Below are positions 1 through 12,749 of a stretch of 64,000 nt of DNA, piece after piece. The notes under the pieces were generated by a model. That model was not told where the DNA came from. It saw nothing but the letters and a program-made list of their open reading frames with translations, and did not search any database. Every line of letters begins with the position of its first letter. Position 1 is the first letter of the stretch. Position numbers and translations under genes: made by a program. Source of the DNA: Camelus ferus (Eukaryota); NCBI RefSeq assembly GCF_009834535.1, contig NC_045696.1:59460001-59524000 (forward strand). Reading direction: 5' to 3'.

Positions 1-1599
1 CCATATAAATCTCTGTAAGGGATACAGAAGTTGATCAGACAGAGCCTGGCTGTAGTTACCCCACATATGACCTCTGTCACGTAGAGTAAGCACACGGTTA
101 TGGCAATGCATGGGAAGAGCGCTTATCCCAGAGGGGATGGAGTGGGATGGGGAGGGGTCTAACAGTAAGAGAGGACTTCCTGGAGGAAGAGGCATGTGAG
201 TTGAGCATTGAAATATGAGTAGATGTTGTCTAGGCAAAGATGGAGTTGGGGTGGGCAAGCACAATGGCATAGGGGGATGAGAGGCTAAAGTCTAACACAA
301 AACTGAAACTAGTAAAGAAGTTAATAGAGATGTGTATAAAATGTTGTTTGAGTGAGTAGGGAAGATCAGGGAAGACCCCAGGGAGAAGGTGGCATTTGAA
401 TCTGACCCCTTAGCCAGATGGTAATGGGAGTGGTTCACTGATGTGGCCAGGATGGAATCCAGAGGGGTGGTCTGGGCTTCAGTGAGCCAGGGACCTGGGG
501 AGGAGCTGAGGGAGCAGGGATTGGGAGGAAGTGACACTTGGCTCCCTGAAGCCACACCCTGGTCTGAGGTTGTCATCTGTAGGCACGCTGCCCTGCTGCC
601 CAGATCCCAGAGCAAGCCTTGGCTTGAGACACTGGTACCTTACCCCCTGCTCCCCAAGCTAAGGTCTTTGAGTCTTCTCATGTGACAGAAGAGGCAGATC
701 CACAGGCCAGTGAGCAGACAGGTCACGTGAGTATGGGAATGAACTGGGAGTGGTTTAAAGAATGAAGAGTTTAAGCTTCCCCTGAAGGCACTTGAAAGCA
801 TTATAAACAATAGTAACAACTGTGCCTAATAAAACACTTTGGGGGCCTGGGTTCAATGGTGGGCTGCTAAACTGTAATCTCTGTTAGCATGGGGTACCAC
901 CAGGACAGCAGAGGGCCAGGAGTGACATGCTGATTCATTGGTTCCTCACCGCCCACCATAGAGGCCTTCTGCACCTGACCAATCAGACCCAGGACCATCG
1001 TCATAGAGTTCACAGCTCCGTGGGTCAGAGGATGACTCTGGGGCATCAGATGTGAGCAGGACCCACCAGGACCCAGAGAGACACCCAGAACTTGCCCAGA
1101 AGTTTAAATAAGGCTACCAGGTCAGGTGTATGATAAGAAGCAGGAACTCCATTAGTGATTTCATGGCAATTTAGAAGTACAGAGGGAGGCCGGGGAAGAC
1201 AGCTCTCCAGTGGGCATCTGGTTAAGCACAGACAGCTACAATGGGGAGGGCAGCGGCCAGGCCCTTAAGGGAGAGTCTCCCTAGGCCAGCAGAGGAGGAG
1301 CTTGGTCTTTGCAAAAAGAACCAGAGAAATGCACTGCAAGGACAGAACTCCTCCCAAGCCAGGGCTTACAATAAATGACGCCACTCGAGGGAGCATGAGG
1401 CTATGGAGAGAGAAACCTGCTAACATTTTTGACCGACTTTTGTATAGCATAGCTGTTGGTTCACCTTGCAAACGTTGTTCTGACTGTATAGTTGTGTGTT
1501 ACCTACTGTTTATTAATGCCTGTCCTCATCTGATTTAGACAAAGTGCGTTTCACTGAACTCTCACAAACCATACCTAAGAGAGTCAACGTGTTATTCGT

Positions 1600-1735
1600 A
1601 GATCACCTGGGGAGACTCCTGGGCCTCATCCCGGACTGATTTTTATCAGAATATCTAAAAGCTGCCCCCTAAATCATGACTCTAAAACAAGTGTCCTAGG
1701 TGATAATGAAAGTCAGTGAAGTCTGAGAAGCATCA
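1600..1735. mobile_element. MER5-like hAT-Charlie MITE remnant
   Basis: ctcctgggcctcatccc...atcagaatatct...aacaagtgtcctaggtgat...gtctgagaagca resembles MER5A/B. Confidence 0.55.
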
Positions 1736-2604
1736 TCATAAAGAGGTGCAAATGCTGTTTTGAGGCAGCATGGGCTCGCTGAGTGAACCTCCCCCCCCCC
1801 CACCAAAGACATGTAATGCACAAAAGAGTAAACGCTGTAGAACTGTCTGATCAGTCATCTGGCCGCTCACTATACACTTATGTCCTGGGCCCGAGAGCTC
1901 CTGAGCGTCTATGAATCAGTTCACAGCTCAGTTGGAAGGGACTCTAATTTATCACAAAGGGTGAGAAGCTGGCTAAAGGGATCCAGGTCTCCAGCCCCTG
2001 TCTGGAAACGGGTGGGGCAGTGGCTGCGTTCTCCCTCTAAAGCAGGGAGCTTGGGGGAGGGCAAGGGTTGCTCACTCTCCTCTCCCTTCTTTAGTGGATT
2101 TGAAGGCCTGCTGCTTCAAATTTCACTTTTCTGTGTTCCCATCCTCACCATACACCATGCAAATTCTGCCCCTGAAAATTGAATTTGGGTTAAGAAATAC
2201 CTTTCAAAGATAAATAACCTAAAGGGAAAAGGACAGCTGCCTGTTATAGTCTGGTGTAAGTTGGTTTGCTGTGGCTGCTCCCCATCTGATCACATGGAGT
2301 GAGAGGGAGAGAGGTCTGGGGGTCTGGAGGCTTGGGGAAGAGGTGGGCTGGGGAGCCTCTGTGAAGCTCCGGGTAGCCGAAGAGCAGTGTACAGACCCTT
2401 CTTGTTTGGGAGACAGGGCCAGGGGAGGGGGTGCACCAAATGCCACCTGTGATGATTTTGACACATCCTCCAGTCGTCTCAGAGACCAACTAGGAAGACT
2501 CTTTCCCTGCTCCACCCAATTCCTACCCCAGTCCCCACTGACACTGCCCTGACCAGTGGGTCCAAGGCCTCTTAGCTGCTAAATGCAATTGTTCTGACCT
2601 AAGT

Positions 2605-3000
2605 TAATGACCTCTCTGCAGCATTTGACACTGTAGTTCCTCCTTGAAATTCTCTCCTCCCTGATTTCTTTGACTTCACTCCTCTCCTGGTTCTATCTAA
2701 CGTCTCTGCGTTTGTTCCTCAGGCTCATTTACTTTCTTCTCCCATCTCTTAAAATTGATATTCCCATCAGTTCTATCCCGGACTGAGAAGACTGTTCTTT
2801 TCATCGTACTTGTTCTCATTGGGCGATCTCATCCACTTCTGTGCATATCTGCTGCCACCATTCATACATTTATTCATTCAGAAAATGTTATTGAACACAC
2901 CTACTATGTGCCAAGCATGATGATTCCCAAGTCAGAATTTGCAGCCCAAATTTCTCTTTTAATCTCCAAGCTGTATTTCAAATTGCCTTCAGAATTTCAT
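2605..3000 (+). mobile_element. L2 LINE fragment (degenerate RT region)
   Basis: gacctctctgcagcatttgacactgt encodes DLSAAFDT, the CR1/L2 RT motif, followed by typical pyrimidine-rich L2 sequence. Confidence 0.75.
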
Positions 3001-3029
3001 ATATATGTGAAATTTATGTATGTATGACT

Positions 3030-3445
3030 GTGGCTGTGTGTCTTGAGACAGGGATTCAGGTACAAATGATTCATGAAGGGCATTTTCTGTATGGAAAACT
3101 TAGAAGGGAGTTAGAGAAGCTGAGTAGGATGGGGTAGAACCGAGCAAGGATGTGGTCTCAGATAAAGTCTTGCTGGAGGCTGACTCGGGGAATGAGAAAG
3201 ATCTGGAGCACAAGTCACACTTCAGAGTTAATCCACCTTGAGGTAGAGTGTCTGAGCTTTGGCACCCCTGGGTAGGGATATAGCTGCCCAAGCGTCTTCT
3301 GGAGAAGTGCACCCATCTGCCACGGGCTAGTCTCCAGAGACGATCTCAGGCATAAGCTGATTGCTGCAGCACTTATGGAACTGGGGACTGGGCCCAGTGG
3401 TCAATACAGGGGCCCTGCAAGGGACACCAGCAGCGCCCCCTACAG
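3030..3445 (-). mobile_element. ERVL-class solo LTR (LTR16/LTR33-like)
   Basis: ttgagacagggattcaggtacaaatgatt is the reverse complement of an ERVL LTR 3' end. The element terminates ...ccccctaca. Confidence 0.55.
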
Positions 3446-3449
3446 TGGC

Positions 3450-3680
3450 TAAGACTCACATAGTACAGATTACGCATCTGGCACCGTTACAAGTGCTTTA
3501 TGTGTATTAACAAACTGAACCTTTAAAATAACCCTGGAATGTAGTTACTATTATTCACATAGTGAAAAAATTGAGGCGTAGAGGTGAAAAGTAACTTGCC
3601 TACGGTTCCTCAATAGGTAGATGATGGAGCCAGGATTCAGACCAAGGAATGCTGGTTCTGGATTCCATACCCTTAACTGC
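3450..3680 (-). mobile_element. MIR SINE
   Basis: aaaattgaggcgtagaggtgaaaagtaacttgcc...ggagccaggattcagacc is the reverse MIR core. Confidence 0.75.
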
Positions 3681-4189
3681 CTCCTCTCCTTCCTTGGTGT
3701 ATCGAGGCTTAGCCCACACCCGGCACTGTAGGTGCTGGGAATCCAGCAGTGAAGTCAGTGCAAGCATCCCTGCCCTCATTAAGGTTACTTTCCTGTGATG
3801 GAAAATGGACAATAAATGAATAAGTTAAACGTATGATCCAAATAGTAATAAGTGCTCAGGAGACAAATCATTCAGGGAAGGGAGGGAGGGAGTACTAGGT
3901 GACAGCTGCAGGCTTGATGAGGAAGACTTCACTTGGGAGGCATCTTAGCAAAGATCCAAAGGAGGTGATTTCTCTGCTTCTGCTCTTGCTTCTCTGTCTG
4001 GCTGACCCCAATTTATTCTCTCTCTGCACAGCAGCAGGGTAATCTCTCCAAATCACCTGCCCGTGTTTTTCCCTAAATGGCACCCTTTAGTGATTCCTGA
4101 TTGCCCTTAGGATCAATGCAGCACTCCTGCCGTGGTAAAAGGAAGGCGTGTTCTGATTGGAGGCCTGCTCCACTCCTGACTGTTATCTG

Positions 4190-4825
4190 CAAGGCTTGCT
4201 TCTAACATTGAGATGCCTGGGGCAGAAGTACAAACGGAAACCCATATACCCTGTGTCTAAATATTGAAAATTAATTTAGCGAGCTAACAAACTGTTAAAT
4301 AAAACGTGTTCTACCCTTCTACCTTGACAGATATATCTTCAGAGCTACCTCAGAGGCCAATTGTGAATTCAGATTTGTTGGGCTCCTCTGAGTTCATGCT
4401 GGAACTTGGCAGGACAGGGAGACCTGTCTTCAGCCCTATGCGCTGCATCCTTTCTCTGCCCACCGTCCAGCTCTGTCGTCCACTACAGGGGCATCATGCC
4501 TGCTCATGGACACCCCAGTTCCCAAGTCCACATTTTAGCCGCATCTTTGTAAACAGCAGCTCTTTGCCACCCCGTAGGCTGAGGTGCTCACACTGGTGGT
4601 ATTGCTTACCCGTGGGGGAATGGACTGGAGAGAGAGGCCCACATGGGTCTAGGAAGTAGGCTAAGGACTCTTTGAGCCAAGAATTTTAGGGTTTCAGCTA
4701 CAAGGAGCTTGGTGTAGAAAGGGGGTGGGGGAAGCATGGACTCTGTGTGGCAAGTCTTCCAATTCCCTGGGGGGAGAGTATGTAAGAGGAAGGTCCAAGC
4801 CCAGAATAGGGCTCTCTAAGGCACT
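4190..4825. mobile_element. MER115-like hAT-Tip100 DNA transposon remnant
   Basis: gcctggggcagaagtacaaacggaaacccatata...gctaacaaactgttaaataaaacgtgttctacccttctaccttgaca matches my recollection of MER115. Confidence 0.65.
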
Positions 4826-5109
4826 CAGACAGCACCCTCTCATCCCTCTCTGCCTCCTACCCACCTGCCTAAGCCAAAGTGAATTACTTGAACTTTCTGA
4901 ATATGCCATGCCCTTTTGTTTCTGTGATTTTGTGATTTGGCAGACTGTAGAATGGAGGTCATACACTTGGATTCCCTGCCCTAATTTTCCCCATCTCCTA
5001 TGAGCTCCCTAAACAAGTGCCCTCCTCACTGACCCTCACCCCCACACCCAGTCATGGACACACCGCACGTAGTGGCAACATGGTGAGGTGTAATGTGATA
5101 CAATCCCCT

Positions 5110-5325
5110 GAGCGTGGGCTTTGGAGTCAGTGGTCCTGGTTTTGACTCTGTGCTAGGTACTTACTTACTGGTCATGTGACCTTGGGCAAATTCTGCACCT
5201 CAATTTTATCATCTCTTATATGGTGATAACCATGCCAAGTCATTGTGAGAATAAGTCATTGTGAGAATAACATGAAATAACATGTGTCGAGTGCCCAGTT
5301 CCTGGCACAGAATAAGCATGTGGTA
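5110..5325 (+). mobile_element. MIR SINE
   Basis: gggctttggagtcag...tgtgaccttgggcaaattc...gtgcccagttcctggcacagaataagc. Confidence 0.8.
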
Positions 5326-5799
5326 AAAAGTTCTTTGCCCTCCCCTCGGTATGCTCCTTGCTTCAAGCCAAACCCAGAGAGCGCCTTGGGAGATTAGGCT
5401 GTTTTCGCAGAAAGATGCCAATCAGGGTATCTCTCAACATTCAGCCTCTGGGCCTGTTTCCCATCTCCTGGGTTAGTGAGATCGTCCTAGACAGTCTTAG
5501 TGCCTGATTTCTCTTTTAGTTGTCAGAAATCATTCATTAACAGTATGCAAGCTGTTACTGACCACATTCAGATGTTGGGAGAGTCAAACTCCAGCTCCTG
5601 GTCGCGACCCTGACTTTTTGTTGTTAGAGGCCAGGATTTCTCAGGTCAGCACAATTATGGTAACAGCGAGGGAGCCTGAGGAGCAGGTAAACAAGGAAGT
5701 CGGTCCTCTCTAAGGAAAAGCAAGACCCACAATAACTGTGCAGTGCCTGGCATAAGTGGCATGCAGCACATGTGAGTCAAGCTAAACAAAACTAAGCTC

Positions 5800-6340
5800 A
5801 GTGAGAAAAGTCACTAAATCCCAATAGAAAAACAGATAAAAGAAATGATCAGGTAAGTCACAGAAGAAATTCTTATGGGCCAATAAGCAATGGAGAGTAA
5901 TCAAGGGAATGCAAATTTAAATGTAATGCAATATTTTCCTTAGAAAATTGGCAAAGATTTAAAAATTTGGTGACCAGTAGTGATGAGGATACAGTAAGAG
6001 GCAGGGTCCTCTCATGCATTGCTGATGGTCAAATAAGTTGATGTGCCCTTCTGTAAAGCAATCATGAAAATGATTAAATAAGCTATGGTATAGGTATAAG
6101 ATGGACTGTGTGGCATTAACTATAACAGTTTCAAAGAAATTTTAGATAGGAGAAAACACTGTTAGAGTGAAAGGTAGAATGCTATACAGTATGAAAATTA
6201 TATGCACAAAAAAGACTGGAAGGAAATAGGCCCGAGTATTATAAATCCCTACCATTTGTGCACCTTATATAGATTTTTGAATATTTTAACTTTTCTATAA
6301 TTAGCAGGTATTTTCTTATAATGGGAAAGAAATTCTGCAA
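5800..6340 (+). mobile_element. Ancient L1 (L1ME-like) 3' fragment
   Basis: A-rich, with ccaatagaaaa...gggaatgcaaatttaaa...ggcaaagattt...aaaagactggaaggaaata. Confidence 0.6.
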
Positions 6341-7907
6341 TTTAAGAAGCAGTCACATTGCTTTCAGACACTAAGGTAGGAAGAATTATTTATGGGAGAC
6401 GCTGGCCACTTGCTGACTCAGTAAGTGTCAGAGAAGAGGAGGTAACTCCTCTCCTTTGGGAGGCAGGATTTAAGGAGAAAGAAAAGGCTCAACCTTCCCT
6501 CTTGCAGAGTCTAATCCTTTGTATCAACAAGAAGAAATGGAAAGAGTGTCCTTACCTGGGGAGTTTGCTGTGTGACTGGGAGGCCTAACTAGGCTGCCTT
6601 ATGCTTGAGATAGTCACACAGTCGTAGGAGAAAGTCTGTGACATCTCATCACTGGCTGAGATTTGAGAATGAAGCCTGAAATGGGATTTTGTTTCCTTTT
6701 GTAGCCTAAATCCCCCCACTGTGGTCTTAACCTCCAGTAGCTCCAAGCAATTGATAGGTGGTGGTGCAAGACTGTGGGGCATGCAACACGCACAGTGGTT
6801 TGGTTTAAGTGAGTACCATATGGGGAATAGGAAATTAATCCTAACACTCTAAGGAAATGCTATGACAGTATTTATATAAACATATGAATTAACTGAAGTC
6901 TATTTTGAGTTATAAAATAAACACATAGGTTATAACTGAGCTGTTATAACTGTTTTGACCTTCATTTTTTTCTTTTGATTCTTAGGAGTTATAAAGTCCA
7001 AGTGTTTAAATAAACTTTGCTACTTAGTAAGTTATATAGCAACACCTTGATTCACTTAGTCTGATTATTTTTTGGTTTTCAAATGGGTCACTGTCACTTC
7101 AGCTGGCCTTGATTTCGAGAGTGGTTTCCCCTCTCTTAACTTCCTGGAATGTGCCTCTTTATACCCTGACTCTTATCATGGAAGTACGTGGGACACCTGG
7201 ATCCCATCACTGTTCTAATCAGTCCCACACTTAGTCATCTAAGTGTAAGAAGCATGACTCAGCAACCTGATGTTTTCAAAGTTGGCATACATTTTGAACT
7301 ATAAGTAATACATCTTAAATACAGTGATGTTATCAATGCCTTGTGTACCATCTCTAATTAATTGATAGAATCAGCCTAGAGCCCTTTGTTGAAAAAGAGT
7401 CTTCGGCCCAGGTTGGGTTCCGTGGTAAAGTGTTCCAGTGGCTGCCATGGATGTGGGCCCAGGGAAGGACAGCAGTGATGCCAAGGACTTTCTGTCTCAG
7501 ATCTGAGGGCAGCAGCATCCATGTCTTTAGAGAGCTTGCATTCAAATGGAGAAAAACAGAATTCATCCTAGGAACAAAAGAGGGAAACAAGAATGACAAG
7601 AAAATCAAACACGATGATGAATACCACCGCAGTAAATGTCTCAACAAATACATCGACTGCAGGGAAGGCTGAGTTATTTGCTAAGTGCTGGGAGATGGCA
7701 GATGCCCGTGGTCAGATGGGGTTCATCTAGAAAGGTTTTCTGAGGCAGTACATTCCAAATCAGATTGGAAGGCGGCCAGGGGACCTGGTGTGAAGTTGGG
7801 AGGCTGGTCCAGTTTAGAAGGAATGCAGGTTTCCAGATGCTTTGTGACTGCGCGCTCCACAGTCTCAGCTGCCCCATGGCGGTGCCTGACCTCTGACCTC
7901 CCCACAG

Positions 7908-8100
7908 TGAGGACGTGTGCAAACGTGGCTTCACCGTCATCATCGACATGCGGGGCTCCAAGTGGGACCTCATCAAGCCCCTCCTCAAGACGCTGCAGGA
8001 AGCCTTTCCAGCCGAGATCCATGTGGCCCTCATCATCAAGCCTGACAACTTCTGGCAGAAGCAGAAGACCAACTTTGGCAGCTCCAAGTTCATCTTTGAG
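7908..8100 (+). CDS. KALRN: Kalirin coding exon (193 nt, phase 2->0; C-terminal part of Sec14/CRAL-TRIO domain; probably exon 4)
   Basis: Acceptor ctgacctccccacAG at 7906-7907, donor GAG|GTGAGC at 8101. Translates (S)EDVCKRGFTVIIDMRGSKWDLIKPLLKTLQEAFPAEIHVALIIKPDNFWQKQKTNFGSSKFIFE, recognised as kalirin. Confidence 0.97.
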
Positions 8101-8344
8101 GTGAGCCCGCCTTCTCTCTCAGCTCCCCTCCCTGCTCCCCTTCTGCCTCACTGCCACTTCTCTCCTGCGCTTCTCCATCTGCACCACCGGCCACAGCTGT
8201 CAGGGTCTGATGTTTCACTATTCCTTGGCCACTGTGGCCTTGCCAGTGAGAGTCTCAGAAGGAGATTGTCCCAAGGCAATCCTGTTACTATTGGTGAATG
8301 TAAATCAGAGCAATTGTTTTCAGAGAAGACTTGATAATTTGGGT

Positions 8345-8985
8345 CAAGTGCCTTAAAAAGAGTTTATAGCCTCTGATCTAGTGGTCCTCCTTCTAGGAAA
8401 CTTTTTAGTATAAAAATTAAACAAAACAAAAAGCTGAAGAGCAAATTATAATTACAGCAAATGTCTACAAAGATGTCCATCACAGCGTTTTTTGCAATAA
8501 TATACACACATATATCTACATATATTTACATATAGACATATATACACATATGTATAATTTGTATCCTAAGTATCCATTAATTTTGGTGACATTAATACGC
8601 AAATACTGTGAACCCATTAAAAGTCATATGAAGTCATATAATCATATAAATATGATTTTATAACCTGCCTTTTTAAAAACAATAATCATGCTAATTTTTC
8701 AATGACACCATGTGTCAATGACCATTCAATGACCACGTGTCACTGAAAAGCAAACATGATTATTGTTTTAAAAAAGGTAGGTTGTAAAACAGTATCAACA
8801 ATATAATCTAAAATTTGTTCTTAAGTGTATAGTGTATGGAAAAGAAGGCTGATAAATACATGAAAATGTTAACAGTGCTTTGTCTGAGTTGGCTGGATTA
8901 TGGGTGATTTTTGTTTTCTTCATATTTCTCTGTTTTCTTTTGAGAATTTGTATTCCTTTTACACTCAGAAAACATGTTGTTTTTT
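8345..8985 (+). mobile_element. Ancient L1 (L1ME-like) 3' fragment containing an inverted duplication
   Basis: acaaagatgtccatcacagcgttttttgcaata...aaaatgttaacagtgc...ggattatgggtgatttttgttttctt. Confidence 0.6.
8656..8789. repeat. Inverted repeat, 53-bp arms (8656-8708 / 8737-8789), 28-nt loop
   Basis: Manual ungapped alignment of the left arm to the reverse complement of the right arm gives 45/53 identity. Confidence 0.95.
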
Positions 8986-9827
8986 AACTAGATTTTTCTA
9001 GAGGCTATATATGTCCCCTGAGAGTTTTTAAAGACAACACATCAGATTAAATCAATGCTTTAGGAACCTTTGTTCCAGCCAAATTCGAGCTGTTCCCCTT
9101 TCTCGGAATTCTCGCCTCATCTCCGAGGGGACGGACCTCGTGTGCACGTGTGCACATTAGAAAGGCAGAGCTGCTCTTCATCTTGTGTCAACGTCCCATT
9201 CCAGATGCTTGTCCCCGGGGGCCGGGAGTGTCTGTGTGAGTGATGGTGGCTCCTATAGGCTGTGATTTGAGCTCAACACCCTGACCACCTCCTGACCACA
9301 GCAGTCCTCTGTGTAAATAACACCAGAAATTTGACTTGCTATAGAAAGAGTTAACTCTCATGCTCTCCCAGTACCCCTTCCCAACTCTAGGAATCCTGTA
9401 GGGAAGTAAATGCTTTGTATATTTTTGGTTTGTTTATACAGAAGCAGTGACAACAGGCCTTTAAATTTATTAGCTGAAGTGACTGGAAACAGTCTTTCCA
9501 GCAAGTCCTGAAACTGGCTTCAGCGTAGCTGCTCAGTACTTCCCATCTCCCTGCACCCCTTCACCGTAAGCTGAGCAAGCTTGTCTGCCTCCCAAGCAAG
9601 AAGAACAGGGGGTTTAGCTGGGCTTCTAACTTGGAAGAGTATTTATAAAGTAGTGTTTTACAAGTAACAGATGAAGTCCTTAGTGCAGACAGAGGCAGTT
9701 AGTGCTACAGAGATGAGAGTCTAGGCTTATTCAAGAGCAGATACTTAATAATTGGTGAACAGAATCACGGGAGACTTCCTGGAGGTGGTGAACTTTGAGC
9801 TGAATTGAAAGGAGAAGGGGCTCTAGA

Positions 9828-10135
9828 ACAGTGCTCAGAGTTTAATGTATAGAGTCCCCTGGGGATCTTGTTAAATGCAGATCCTGACTCAGTAGGTGTA
9901 GATGGGACCTGAGATTCTGCATTTCTAATAAGCTCCCAGGTGGTACCAGTGCTGCTGGCTTGAGGACAGCAGTTTGACTAGCAGAGATGTAGATTAGCAG
10001 AGGTTTGTGTCAATGGCTGCACATTTTGGAGCTTTTTAAAACTACCATGCCCAAGCTGTAGCAGGGCTGGAGCACCAGTGTTTTTGTAAGCTTCCCCAGG
10101 AACCTTGATGAGCAGTCCAGTTTGAGAACCCTTGT
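9828..10135. mobile_element. Two adjacent MER5-family MITEs
   Basis: First: ttgttaaatgcagatcctgactcagtaggt...gagattctgcatttctaataagctcccaggtg. Second ends ...tttgtaagcttccccagg...agtttgagaacc. Confidence 0.7.
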
Positions 10136-10289
10136 TCCAAACACAGACAGCTCCTTCCTGTGTCTTTGGAATAAGATGGACGGGATAGGGAGACAAGGAG
10201 GAGATGCTCAGGCATCAGCAAGACAGAGGGAGACAAACTGCTTTTAAAGGTTCCAGGAAGGATGCAGCCTTCAGAGCATCCCGATGAGC

Positions 10290-10500
10290 GCTAACAGGGA
10301 CTGAGCACGTGCTCCATGCCAGGGCCCCAGGTGCTTTACACATTGTCACATTTAATTCCAGCACAGCCCTAGGAGAAAAGCATTATTCTCTCCATTACAC
10401 AGAGGAGGAGACTGAGGCTCTGAGAACTTAAGTAGCTCACCCAGTTCACATGACGAGTGACTGTAGGGCTGGACCCTGGGACCCGATATTTCTCTAGTAG
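10290..10500 (-). mobile_element. MIR SINE
   Basis: ccattacacagaggaggagactgaggctctgagaacttaagtagctcaccca. Confidence 0.75.
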
Positions 10501-11264
10501 CCTCTCTTTCTCCAGGGAGAGAATTGGCATATCCTATAGGAAGGAAAAGATGTTTCTTGGTAAATTGGGATGGTTGCCTGTGCTGTCATTTGCTGCTCTG
10601 TGTCCTGGAGACAGACATTCTCCACTCTGCTCTCCAAGAGCTTGTAGGGGGCTCAGGGAAAGCTGAGGGCCCAGACTCCCTGCCTCCAGCCCTGTCTGTT
10701 TCCCAGTCTCGCACCAGAGGACATCTGCTCATGGGGAGAGTCTCAGGGCAGGGCAAGGCCTGCCCAACCTGAGGCAGAAAGATCCACTCTGAGACCCACG
10801 CAGCCCAAGGACTGACGCACACGAATCCAACTGTGTTGACACCTTGGGTTTTAAAGCTGTTGAGAACTAGACCCCCAGGTACTCGGTCTATTCTTCCAGT
10901 GTCTCCTGCTTGTAGCATCTCAAGCCCTGTTGTGCTAGACTTGGAGGTGAGGAGGAGGAAGATGAGGACAGCAGGGACATAAAAGCAGTCTTCCTTTGAG
11001 TGGCAAATGGAGGGCAGGTGGAAAGGCTTTTTGACACAGTCAGCCAGTCAATTGAAACTGCTGACCTTGGCTAATTGTGGCTCCTGACCAGGGGGCTGCA
11101 TGCTCTCCCACTCACTCTTTCCCAGGCAGGCTGTGGTCATTATATGTAGACTTAGCTTGGCCTTTCCCCTTGACTTTCTCTCTTCTACCTACGGCTGCCC
11201 TGGGGTCTTCCCCTGATTTGCCCCCACATCACTGAGTCTCCCTCTCTGTGTCTCTCCATCCCAG

Positions 11265-11777
11265 ACGAGCATGGTGTCCGTGGAGGGCCTCACGAAGCTG
11301 GTGGACCCCTCCCAGCTGACGGAGGAGTTCGATGGCTCCCTGGACTACAACCACGAGGAATGGATCGAGCTACGGCTCTCCCTGGAGGAGTTCTTCAACA
11401 GCGCCGTGCACCTGCTCTCGCGCCTTGAGGATCTACAGGAGATGCTGGCCCGAAAGGAGTTCCCTGTGGACGTGGAGGGCTCGCGACGGCTCATCGACGA
11501 GCACACGCAGCTCAAGAAGAAGGTGCTGAAGGCCCCCGTGGAGGAGCTAGACCGCGAGGGGCAGCGGTTGCTGCAGTGCATACGCTGCAGCGACGGCTTT
11601 TCAGGGCGCAACTGCATCCCGGGCAGCGCTGACTTCCAGAGCCTGGTGCCCAAGATCACCAGCCTTCTGGACAAGCTGCACTCCACCCGGCAGCACCTGC
11701 ACCAGATGTGGCACGTGCGCAAGCTCAAGCTGGACCAGTGCTTCCAGCTGCGGCTCTTCGAGCAGGATGCCGAGAAG
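11265..11777 (+). CDS. KALRN: Kalirin coding exon (513 nt, phase 0->0; end of Sec14 domain and first spectrin repeat; probably exon 5)
   Basis: Polypyrimidine tract + ccAG at 11263-11264, donor AAG|GTAGGG at 11778. TSMVSVEGLTKLVDPSQLTEEFDGSLDYNHEEWIELRLSLEEFF...LDQCFQLRLFEQDAEK continues the previous exon in frame. Confidence 0.97.
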
Positions 11778-11981
11778 GTAGGGGGGCATTGGCCAAACCC
11801 GAGTGGGAAACTGACAGAGGCTGCTAGTCCAACTTTCTGGTCAATGATAGTATGTTTGTGGAAAGCCTTTAAAAATGTGCCTACTGGTTTTGACTGGTAT
11901 GCATTAACTCCAGTCTTATATTTGGCCAATGATCACTGACTTCTTAAAGCTCCCTTGTATAGTGTTTATTGGCGTATACAC

Positions 11982-12048
11982 TTTTTTTTTTAATTGAAGG
12001 ATAGTTGGCTTACAATGTTGTGTTAATTTCCAGTGTACAGCATAGTGA

Positions 12049-12093
<45 letters not shown>

Positions 12094-12746
12094 CTTTTCA
12101 TGTTCTTTTCATTATAGGCTATTACAAGATATTGAATATAGTTCCCTGTACTATACAGTAGGACCTTGCTGTTTATCTATTTTATAGATAGTAGTTAGTA
12201 TCTGCAAATCCCAAATTCCCAATTTATCCCTTCACGCCCCTTCTACCCTTATAACCACAAGTTTGTTTTCTATGTCTGTGAGTCTGTTTCTGTTTTGTAA
12301 ATAAGTCCATTTGTGTCATTTTTTTTAAGATTCCACATATAAGTAATATCATATGGTATTTTTCTTTCTCTTTCTGGCTTACTTCACTTAATATGGTAAT
12401 ATTGCTAACTATTAGAGAAATGTCGCCTCACATCAATCAGAATGGCCATCGTTAAAAAGTCCACAAACAATAAATGCTGGAGGGGTGTGGAGAAAAGGGA
12501 ACCTTCCTACACTGTTGGTGGGAATGTTGTTTGCTGCAGCCATTATGGAAAATAGTATGGAGATTCCTTAAAAAACTAAAAATAGACTTACCCTATGATC
12601 CAGCAGTTCCACTCCTGGGCAAATATCCGGAGAAAACTCTAATTCGAAAAATAGAGTGCCCCAATATTCATAGCAGCACTATTTACAGTAACCTAAACAT
12701 AGAAGCAACCTAAATGTTCATCAACAGATAACTGGACTTGGAGATT
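11982..12746 (-). mobile_element. 5'-truncated artiodactyl-type L1 with 5' inversion (twin priming)
   Basis: PolyT 11982-11991 and antisense 3'UTR to 12400. 12401-12746 is sense ORF2 C-terminal sequence (ORF 12474-12713: [14 protein letters not shown]...[11 protein letters not shown]). Confidence 0.9.
12052..12090. repeat. (AT)n microsatellite in L1 3'UTR
   Basis: 39 bp perfect alternating AT. Confidence 0.95.
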
Positions 12747-12749
12747 GTG

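Noticed and set aside
3431..3449. CTCF-like CAGCGCCCCCTACAG
   Set aside because: Only half the core matches, and it is the LTR terminus.
11345..11929. 194-aa minus-strand ORF
   Set aside because: Antisense shadow of the GC3-rich KALRN exon, with no independent gene signals. The same applies to 7674-8093 and 63490-63717.
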